Source: Gemmatimonadales bacterium
GTDB lineage: Bacteria; Gemmatimonadota; Gemmatimonadetes; Gemmatimonadales; GWC2-71-9
Reading direction: 5' to 3'
Length of the DNA stretch: 64,000 nucleotides
NCBI GenBank assembly: GCA_965249575.1
Contig: OZ252244.1
Location: 800,001 to 864,000 of the forward strand
Notes under the pieces: generated by a model
Seen by the model: the letters and a program-made list of their open reading frames with translations, nothing else
Database searches by the model: none
Told to the model about the DNA's origin: nothing
Shown: positions 1-7,973 of the stretch, in pieces
How positions within the stretch are numbered: position 1 is the first letter of the stretch
Layout: the number at the start of each line of letters is the position of its first letter
Program-made: the position numbers and the translations under genes

Positions 1-81
1 GTGCTTCCGTTTGTTCTTCGTCGTGAAGTAGTTCCGGCTCTTGCAGGCCGTGCACTCCATAATGACCTTGTCGCGCGGCAT
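1..81 (-). CDS. rpmG: 50S ribosomal protein L33 (5' part, runs off window)
   Basis: Manual translation MPRDKVIMECTACKSRNYFTTKNKRKH (CxxC-type L33); GGGAG SD upstream; follows tuf. Confidence 0.93.
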   Translation of the reverse strand, partial: MPRDKVIMECTACKSRNYFTTKNKRKH

Positions 82-113
82 AGCTCCCTATCTCGCCCCT
101 GCCGTTCGGCCCG

Positions 114-1307
<1,194 letters not shown>

Positions 1308-1392
1308 GATCGCGTTCCTAGAGGGGTTGTTTGTTCTCGACCGATGCGATGTCCCGGCAAACCACTGGAGAATCACTCACGAGTCCGACGAA

Positions 1393-1465
<73 letters not shown>

Positions 1466-1469
1466 GACA

Positions 1470-1542
1470 AGCGGGCGACGGGACTCGAACCCGCGACCCT
1501 CAGCTTGGAAGGCTGATGCTCTACCAACTGAGCTACACCCGC
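1470..1542 (-). tRNA. tRNA-Gly(TCC)
   Basis: GCGGGTGTAGCTCAGTTGGTAGAGC...CTTCCAA...GGTTCGAGTCCC. Confidence 0.96.
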
Positions 1543-1592
1543 GGAGCCAAGCCTCCACTCACGCACCAACGCAGGTCCCGCGCGGCGTGCAG

Positions 1593-1675
1593 TGGTGGGG
1601 GAAGGATTCGAACCTTCGTAGGCTGACGCCGGCAGATTTACAGTCTGCTCCCTTTAGCCACTCGGGCACCCCACC
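1593..1675 (-). tRNA. tRNA-Tyr(GTA)
   Basis: GGTGGGGTGCCCGAGTGGCTAAAGGG...CTGTAAA, long variable arm, GGTTCGAATCC. Confidence 0.96.
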
Positions 1676-1702
1676 ATGCCCGCTGTACGCCCGCTCAACA
1701 GA

Positions 1703-1727
1703 CCACCCCGCCGCGCGGGCGGGGTGG
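1703..1727. repeat. Perfect 10-bp GC hairpin in the tRNA spacer (possible processing structure)
   Basis: CCACCCCGCC-gcgcg-GGCGGGGTGG. Confidence 0.5.
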
Positions 1728-1771
1728 CGCATGTGAACTCTGGGTCGACCCGCTCCTTGAAGCCCGTACCG

Positions 1772-1844
1772 AGCTGACGAAGGGACTCGAACCCTTAACC
1801 TGCTGATTACAAATCAGCCGCTCTACCAATTGAGCTACGCCAGC
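1772..1844 (-). tRNA. tRNA-Thr(TGT)
   Basis: GCTGGCGTAGCTCAATTGGTAGAGC...TTTGTAA...GGTTCGAGTCCC; thrU-tyrU-glyT-thrT-tufB order. Confidence 0.96.
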
Positions 1845-1885
1845 AACAGACTGATTTGCCCTTTAGTGTTTTGCCTAAGACAAGT

Positions 1886-1915
1886 ACCATAACGACCCCG
1901 CACCCCTCAAGTCAA
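1886..1915 (-). promoter_or_regulatory. Putative sigma70 promoter of the tRNA-tuf operon
   Basis: TTGACT-N18-TATGGT, about 40 nt upstream of the first tRNA. Confidence 0.5.
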
Positions 1916-2041
1916 CTGTCGGCGATGGGCCGACTTGCGGGGTTTGGAGACCCCGGCCAACGGCAACCGGGAGCGACCCGTTGCGGGTCCTGGCTGGCAG
2001 GGATCGAGCCTTGATGTCTGGAGGGCCGCCGGCCGAAGATG

Positions 2042-2787
2042 CTAGAGCGTCCCCAGGATCAGGGAGTAGGCGGTAGGTGCGAAGAGCCAAGTGACGAGCC
2101 CGGAAATCGCCAGCGCGAAGAGCGGGAGCCCAACATGCCATGGCGTCCAGCCGCGACCGTCCAGGCTCCGCAGCCCATCGGCCCAGATCGCCACCGACCA
2201 AAGGGTTACGAGGTTGACCCGGCCGCTGAGGGCCCAACCAGTTCGGGGCGGGACCCTCTTTGAAGGCCAGCCACAGGAGCAGCGGACCCGTCACGAACTG
2301 CTGAGGAAGGTCGAGGACCTGACCGGGGGTCGGGGCCTCCGCGAGCGGGAAAAGGTAGGTCACGGCCAGCTCACCCACTCGTTGAACGAGCAGTGGGACC
2401 AGGCCAACGGCCACCGCCCCAATTAGGGCGCGGCGCCCCTCCTCGGCCAGCATGAGAGCCGGGGCCGCCGCCCAGATCAGCGCGAGCGCAGCGAGGAGGG
2501 GCGTGGGAGGGGGAATCACACGGTCCGCGAGAATCATCCGGACGAGCCGCGCGCGAAGAGAATCGCGATGTAGGTCGGTGAGAGTATCGCCTATAGGACT
2601 CAAGCGCCTGCTCGAGGAGAACCATCTGGCGAGGCAGCGTGGCAATACCCAGAATTGCGGCCACGAGGAGCATGAGCCCCGCGGTGCGGGTCGGACTGCC
2701 ACGGACCGACAGCCGCGCCCGCACACCCGCCGGGTCGACCAGGCTCTCACCGATAGTGACCAGTGAGTGCACCACTCCCGCGATCAC
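2042..2787 (-). CDS. Yip1-like multi-pass membrane protein (two apparent frameshifts, ~2600 and ~2235)
   Basis: GTG overlaps the ATPase stop (GTGA) with GAGGGGAGG SD; joined frames give ...LVDPAGVRARL...TM helices...RVNLVTLWSVAIWADGLRSL...LILGTL*, a Yip1-like layout. Confidence 0.55.
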
Positions 2788-3701
2788 GGGGCCTCCCCTC
2801 CAGTCGCCGCCACAAGGAGATCTTCGAGCGCCCGATAGCGGATTCGGGACGCGCCGACCGCCACACGCTCCCGACGGCACTCTGCCAAAATGTGCTCCAC
2901 GGTGAGGCCCCGCCGGAGCGGTATAGCCACCCCATCCCCCGTCCTGACGGCTCCCGGGTATCGGTGAACCATCCGGTCGGCGTGGGAGAGCGCGCCCCCG
3001 TTGAGCGAGAGCTCAGCTACCCGTACCGCCAGGAGTGCGGCCATAGATATGTCGGCCACGATTCTTCCACCCACGAGAACCAGGGCACGGGTAGCACTTC
3101 GCTCGATAGTTGCCAGGTCGTGGGACGCGATGAGCACCGCCCGGCCCTCCAGCGCCAAGCGGCCGATCGCATCGCGCATATCCCGATGAACGAGCGGGTC
3201 GATTCCGCTCAACGCTTCGTCGAGCAAGAGGGCGATGGATCCCGACATCGCGCCGGCGGCGAGCGCTAGGCGCTGCACCATGCCCCTCGAGTACACCCCG
3301 ATGGATCGGCCGGCGAGGTTCTCGAGCCCACCGAGTTGAAGAGCTAGGCGGACCAGCTTCAAACGCTCCCCCGGACTCCCGGTCCGATGGCTCGCCAGGT
3401 ACCGCAGCCACTCGACGCCGGTCAGCTCCCGAGGAATGAGGGGAGGATCGGAAACGTATCCAGTCACCCGGCGCGCCCGCCTGGTGCCGGCCCGATTCCC
3501 CCCCACACGTGCCTCCCCCACCGAAGGCCGGAGCTCGCCCGCCAACACCCGCAGCAGCGTGGTTTTGCCGGCTCCGTTGGCGCCCACGATTCCAACGACC
3601 TCCCCGGCACTGATCTGAAGGGAGCAGTTGACGAGAGCGTCCAGGCGTGCCCGGCCTGATCCAAAGGCGCGTCCGAGCCCCCGACACGTGATCAGAGACA
3701 C
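2784..3701 (-). CDS. ABC transporter ATP-binding protein (exporter type)
   Basis: Walker A GANGAGKTT, signature YSRGM, Walker B LLLDE, H-loop ASH; GTG start with GGAGG SD. Confidence 0.92.
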   Translation of the reverse strand: MSLITCRGLGRAFGSGRARLDALVNCSLQISAGEVVGIVGANGAGKTTLLRVLAGELRPSVGEARVGGNRAGTRRARRVTGYVSDPPLIPRELTGVEWLRYLASHRTGSPGERLKLVRLALQLGGLENLAGRSIGVYSRGMVQRLALAAGAMSGSIALLLDEALSGIDPLVHRDMRDAIGRLALEGRAVLIASHDLATIERSATRALVLVGGRIVADISMAALLAVRVAELSLNGGALSHADRMVHRYPGAVRTGDGVAIPLRRGLTVEHILAECRRERVAVGASRIRYRALEDLLVAATGGEAP

Positions 3702-3702
3702 G

Positions 3703-4390
3703 TCAGCCCTCCGTGTTCGTGTCGGGCGCTCGAACGACTTCCACGGCACACACGCAGACACCGACCACCAGCCAGAGCAGGAGCAGCGCGGGATCCCGCC
3801 AACCGCTCTCGGCTAGCCACCGAATCGCCCGCCAGGGAAGTGGCAGGGTGTTCGACAGAAGCACGGCCGGCGCTTGGGTCGCAGGCCAGCTTTCGAGCCC
3901 TGCGGCGATCCCCGAGGGGGGAATGCTCCCGAACCAAGCTCCCAGGAGGCCAAGGCCGCCCGCGGCGGAGGCCCCCAGGCGGGGGGTTACCGCGAGAGTC
4001 AGGGCACCGAAGCATGCGGCGTAGGTAGAGGCTACGACGGCCGTCCACGACGCCCGCCCAAGTCCTTGGGGACTGACCAATACCGCCGAGACAGCAAACG
4101 ACAGTCGGAACGATGAGGCACAGCAATCCGACCAGGCGGCCCAAGGGAGGGAGCCACCATCTCGCGCCGACCCGCCGGGCCGCACACAGCGGTCCGCCGG
4201 GCGCGAAGACACGCGAGCCCCCAATGGTGGCGAGGGTCGCGCCGATCAACACGACGATGTGTCCCATGCTCACCTGGCTCGCAGCGCCATGTCTATTTCG
4301 CTGAGCGACCAAGAGGACCAAGCTCAGTACGAGGACCACCGCGAGGCGCGGGGCGCGGTGTCTCACCACCAAGAGAATCGCCAAGACCAC
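3703..4390 (-). CDS. ABC-2-type permease-like membrane protein (frameshift ~4100; start uncertain)
   Basis: Hydrophobic segments continue from the 3692..4546 frame into the 3703..4224 frame (LIVPTV|FAVSAVLVSP); LPLPW near the C-terminus; stop 1 nt before the ATPase start. Confidence 0.55.
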
Positions 4391-4439
4391 TTCAGCCTTG
4401 AACGCAAGCGGAAACTGCCGTGACTCTCGGGGAGTACCA

Positions 4440-4462
4440 GCGGGGGGCTTTACGCCCCCCGC
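4440..4462 (-). terminator. 9-bp GC stem-loop without U-tract after the peptide gene (mRNA stabiliser or attenuator)
   Basis: GCGGGGGGC-GTAAA-GCCCCCCGC, about 30 nt after the stop at 4492. Confidence 0.5.
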
Positions 4463-4491
4463 ATGCACTGCCCGCCCGGCCGGCTGACGAT

Positions 4492-4713
4492 CTAGGCGAT
4501 TTCCTTGAGCCATGCGCAGAGACCGGCGCGAATCAGGTAGCACCATCCTCGGACGGCGAACGTTCGTTCACCCCAGCCACCGAAATCTTCGTTACATGTC
4601 GCGATTGCGTCGCCCACGCAGGTCGTCAGTCTGACAGCAGCGTCTGCGGGGCGGGGAGACGGCAATGCACCCAATACGGTAACCACGACCGCGATTGTTA
4701 GGATTCGTTTCAT
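4492..4713 (-). CDS. Small secreted cysteine-rich peptide precursor (73 aa; signal peptide plus 48-aa mature region, C-X7-C-X17-C-X7-C)
   Basis: AAGGAGG SD 7 nt before ATG; MKRILTIAVVVTVLGALPSPRPADA|AVRLTTCVGDAIATCNEDFGGWGERTFAVRGWCYLIRAGLCAWLKEIA. Confidence 0.8.
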   Translation of the reverse strand: MKRILTIAVVVTVLGALPSPRPADAAVRLTTCVGDAIATCNEDFGGWGERTFAVRGWCYLIRAGLCAWLKEIA

Positions 4714-4867
4714 CCGTTGCCTCCTTCGACATTCCGTGGTGGAGGCCGGGCAGGCAGCGGCCCGGACCGGACGGCGCCAACGTATCTCATAGACGCGAGG
4801 GTGCCGGACCATTCGCTCGCGGGCGTTGGCCTTTTGGCTCCGCCCAGCGCGGCCCAGAGGGGGTCTT

Positions 4868-4888
4868 GGGGGGGGGGGGGTGGGGGGG
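4868..4888. repeat. Homopolymer tract G13-T-G7
   Basis: Read directly, in the intergenic region between the AI-2E stop and the peptide gene. Confidence 0.8.
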
Positions 4889-4904
4889 TGCTGAGGTAGG
4901 GGGA

Positions 4905-6026
4905 CTAGTTCGGAATGACTACAACGCGCTGTTGGCCGGTGGTCGACACCAAAACGGCCGGAGAAACGGCGCGCGGATCCTGCTCACCGTAGACCTGCGT
5001 GAGCAGGACATGTCGCACGATCACTAAGATCGCGGCGAGCAGCGGGACCGCCACGAGCAGCCCGAGCAGGCCGAGGAGCGTGGCCATGGTCAGCACGCTC
5101 AAGATCGTGAGGACCGGTGGCACGCTGATCCGCTCCTCGAAGATGAGGGGCGCGATGACGTTGGCTTCCACGAGATGCACTCCGACACCGAGGGCAACCA
5201 CCGCAAGGAAGTGGCTCCAGCCGGTGAGGGTGAGGACCAGGAGTGCCGGGAGGGCGGTTGAGACGATGGTCCCGAAGAACGGAACAATGGCTACGAGGCC
5301 CGTGAAGACGCCGAATGCTAGGGCGTAGGGAACTCGGAGGAGCCACAGGCCGATGGCCGTGAGCGCGCCGAGAACAAACATCGCGAACAGCTGTGCCCAG
5401 ATCCACGCGCGCAGGGTGTCCGAGAGATCGGCGATCACCGTGCGGGCGACGCCCCGCGCCTTGGGCGGCACGAGAGTGATGAAGCCGGCACGGTACTGTC
5501 CTGGGTCTCGCGCGAGGAAAATCGCCATCGCCGCCACGCTGACCACCTCGACGAGAATCGTGCCACCCGCGGTCAGGTACGGAACGATCGCATCGCGCAC
5601 GAACCGCGCCGCCTCGTCGATGACCGACTCGACCAGCCCACCGCCCCTGGGACCGAGTACCGTCCGCTCGAGCAGCGGATACGTCTGAGCGAGACGCAGT
5701 AAATCCGATTCCAAGCGCTCCGCATATCCCGGGAACGACGCGACGAGATCCTGCGTCTGCCCGATGACGGGGGGCAGTATCAACCAGCCGACGACGACGA
5801 CGCCCGCGACCGTCCCGAGCACCGCCAACGTGAGAGCGAGCGGACGAGCGATCCGCACCAGGCGACCGAGGGCATCAGTCGCTGCCGACAGGTACACGGC
5901 AAGCAGCACTGCGATGAACAGGAGGAAGAACACCTGGGCGATCCTGCCCAGGAGGAATAAGAAGAGAGCGGCAACGAACAGCGCGACCAGAGTAAGAGAA
6001 ATACGCTGGCCGGCCGAGTCAGCCAT
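4905..6026 (-). CDS. AI-2E family transporter
   Basis: 373 aa multi-TM; IVPFFG and VEANVIAPLI motifs typical of AI-2E (UPF0118); TGATG overlap with pspA. Confidence 0.88.
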   Translation of the reverse strand: MADSAGQRISLTLVALFVAALFLFLLGRIAQVFFLLFIAVLLAVYLSAATDALGRLVRIARPLALTLAVLGTVAGVVVVGWLILPPVIGQTQDLVASFPGYAERLESDLLRLAQTYPLLERTVLGPRGGGLVESVIDEAARFVRDAIVPYLTAGGTILVEVVSVAAMAIFLARDPGQYRAGFITLVPPKARGVARTVIADLSDTLRAWIWAQLFAMFVLGALTAIGLWLLRVPYALAFGVFTGLVAIVPFFGTIVSTALPALLVLTLTGWSHFLAVVALGVGVHLVEANVIAPLIFEERISVPPVLTILSVLTMATLLGLLGLLVAVPLLAAILVIVRHVLLTQVYGEQDPRAVSPAVLVSTTGQQRVVVIPN

Positions 6027-6802
6027 CAGCTTCCCTTGGCTCCGTCCTCGTCGTCAACGAGCTCAGCGTCGTCCGCGTCGGAGGATTCACCAGCAGGTAG
6101 CTGATGTCGTTCTCCGCCATCGCCGGGGCCCAGCAGACCCATCTTTTCCTTGAGCGCGAGAAGCTGCTGGTCTACGCCGCCCTTGTATTCCAGCCCCTCG
6201 AACTCGCGCGCCAAGTTGTCCCCCGACAGGTCCTCGGCCAACTCCGCTGCCGCCAGCGTTTTTCGTTCTTGATCGTCTATCTTTTCGGCCAAGCGTTCGA
6301 ACCCCTCGAGTGCACTCTTGTCCGACATCGACGACATGGTCTTCTGAATGCGGCTCTGCGCGTCGGCCCGGCGGGCCCGGGCGACCAGAACGTTCTTTCT
6401 CCGCTTGGCCTCTTCGATTCGGTCGTTTAGCTGCCGCAGCGCCGATTTGAGGGCTTCCGTCTCTCCTCGGTGTTTCGACCAAGTCTCGTGGACCTGATGC
6501 GCGTGCTGGAGGTGTTCGTTGTACCGCACGAGCGCCTGCTTGGCGAGGTCGTCGCGGTTGTCCTGGACCGCGAGCACGGCCCGTCGCTCCCAGTCCGCTG
6601 CCTGCTTCTGCTCGCGTTCGACTTCCGCCTGCAGCTTCTTCTCATCGGCGATCGCCGACGCCACCTCTTGTTTGGCCTTGGTGAGCTGGCTTCGCATGTC
6701 GGAGATGAGCTGGCTTAAAACCTTTTCAGGATCTTCCGCCTTGGAAATCAGGTCATTGATGTTCGACTTGAGCAACGTCGAGACGCGGTCGAGAATACCC
6801 AT
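6026..6802 (-). CDS. pspA: PspA/IM30 family protein
   Basis: MGILDRVSTLLKSNINDLISKAEDPEK, coiled coil, DDLAKQAL motif. Confidence 0.92.
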   Translation of the reverse strand: MGILDRVSTLLKSNINDLISKAEDPEKVLSQLISDMRSQLTKAKQEVASAIADEKKLQAEVEREQKQAADWERRAVLAVQDNRDDLAKQALVRYNEHLQHAHQVHETWSKHRGETEALKSALRQLNDRIEEAKRRKNVLVARARRADAQSRIQKTMSSMSDKSALEGFERLAEKIDDQERKTLAAAELAEDLSGDNLAREFEGLEYKGGVDQQLLALKEKMGLLGPGDGGERHQLPAGESSDADDAELVDDEDGAKGS

Positions 6803-6871
6803 GACTACCTCGTTCCTCCGGGAACTGGGTGCGGCGCCACTCGCCAGCCGATACCCACCCCGCCGATCAGA

Positions 6872-7045
6872 TTACGCGTTGAGAGCGCCAGCTGGCATGC
6901 CCGCGCCGAGCGCTCGCTCGGTAAAGTCCATTCGCTCGACGAGCTCCGTTGCCTTCACCCGCGAGCGCCTCGCGTACGGTCCCCGCCACTGAAAGAACAT
7001 CGGGCGATCACGATGCGCGCGATAGCCCCGGCCGCGGTACCCACC
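6872..7045 (-). pseudogene. Degenerate third paralogue of the small ERxDFTERxL proteins
   Basis: C-terminal frame ...TELVERMDFTERALGAGMPAGALNA*; a weakly hydrophobic N-terminal piece (VGTAAGAIARIVIAR) lies in another frame after a GGGAG SD. Confidence 0.45.
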
Positions 7046-7165
7046 AGCTTTCTTTCTCCCGGGTCGCCTGCTGCGTGCGTTCCGGTATCACGATGTAAGA
7101 TCTATTGGTTAAGCTACTTCCGCCACCATCGGGGCCCAGTGAGACCTGAGGGGGGTCCGGGTCTC

Positions 7166-7193
7166 TTACGCTTGCGACCCGGCTGATGTTTCA
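7166..7193 (-). promoter_or_regulatory. ECF sigma (sigmaW/M-type) promoter motif upstream of pspA
   Basis: TGAAAC-N17-CGTAA. Confidence 0.55.
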
Positions 7194-7212
7194 ATCCTAA
7201 ACGGTGGGGCCG

Positions 7213-7500
7213 TCAGGGCTCGGCCTGACTCGAGGGTGGGAGTTGCCCCTGGTCCCTATGACGGGCCAGCAGCCGCTCCGTGAAATCCACACGCTCTTGG
7301 AGTTCCACGACATCCTGGCGCACGTGCTCGAGCTCCTCGAGCACGGTCTCGTGTGATTCCAAAACCCTGCGCAACTGGTCGTTGGACCCACCTGACTGGC
7401 TCTGGATCCTGGCGGCGATCGCCTTGCCCACTGGCGAGATAGCGAGCAGGAACATCGACCCACCGCCGAAAATGAATACGATCGCGAGAATGCCTTCCAT
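7213..7500 (-). CDS. Small membrane-anchored coiled-coil protein, PspB-like architecture (95 aa)
   Basis: GGGAG SD; MEGILAIVFIFGGGSMFLLAISPVGKAIAARI...ELQERVDFTERLLAR. Confidence 0.8.
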   Translation of the reverse strand: MEGILAIVFIFGGGSMFLLAISPVGKAIAARIQSQSGGSNDQLRRVLESHETVLEELEHVRQDVVELQERVDFTERLLARHRDQGQLPPSSQAEP

Positions 7501-7568
7501 ACTCCCGTCTCCCCGAGGCGGCGTGTTACGCCTACCGGTCGTGGGTATCCTGGCGGGACCCACACGGT

Positions 7569-7832
7569 CTACCCTCCCGGCCCCACCTGCCGGCGGTCGC
7601 GCTCCTGGGCGAGAAGCCGTTCGGTAAAGTCTGCACGCTCCTCGAGCGCTTCGAGCTGGGACCGGAGGTGCTCGATTTCGGCACGCAACGCCTGGCCGTC
7701 TCCCAGCCGGTCGCCGCCCGTCCCACGGTCGATACGCCGAACAACCGCCCGGATGATCGGGAAACCCAGGATCACACCCGTCGCCATGCCCGCTAGGGGG
7801 ATGACGACTTCGGTCCAGAAGATGAAGTCCGT
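7569..7832 (-). CDS. Small membrane-anchored coiled-coil protein, PspB-like paralogue (start probably ACG at 7832; first ATG at 7787)
   Basis: DFIFWTEVVIPLAGMATGVILGFPIIRAVVRR...ALEERADFTERLLAQ; GGAG 7 nt before the ACG. Confidence 0.75.
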   Translation of the reverse strand, partial: TDFIFWTEVVIPLAGMATGVILGFPIIRAVVRRIDRGTGGDRLGDGQALRAEIEHLRSQLEALEERADFTERLLAQERDRRQVGPGG

Positions 7833-7923
7833 CTGAGTACTCCGTTCGATGTTGAGCGAGAACGCGATCGTGAGCGGCGCGGACCACGCGAAATCGCTCC
7901 CTGCCCGGCGGTGCCCATCACCC

Positions 7924-7949
7924 TACGGTCACAGGCGCCGGATGTGTCA
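7924..7949 (-). promoter_or_regulatory. Second ECF-like promoter motif
   Basis: TGACAC-N16-CGTA, one mismatch to TGAAAC-N16-CGTA. Confidence 0.35.
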
Positions 7950-7973
7950 GGGTACGGCGCTCCAACCTATAGT

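Noticed and set aside
7520..7555. Third ECF promoter (GGATAC-N14-CGTAA) before the second small gene
   Set aside because: Spacer too short and -35 poor
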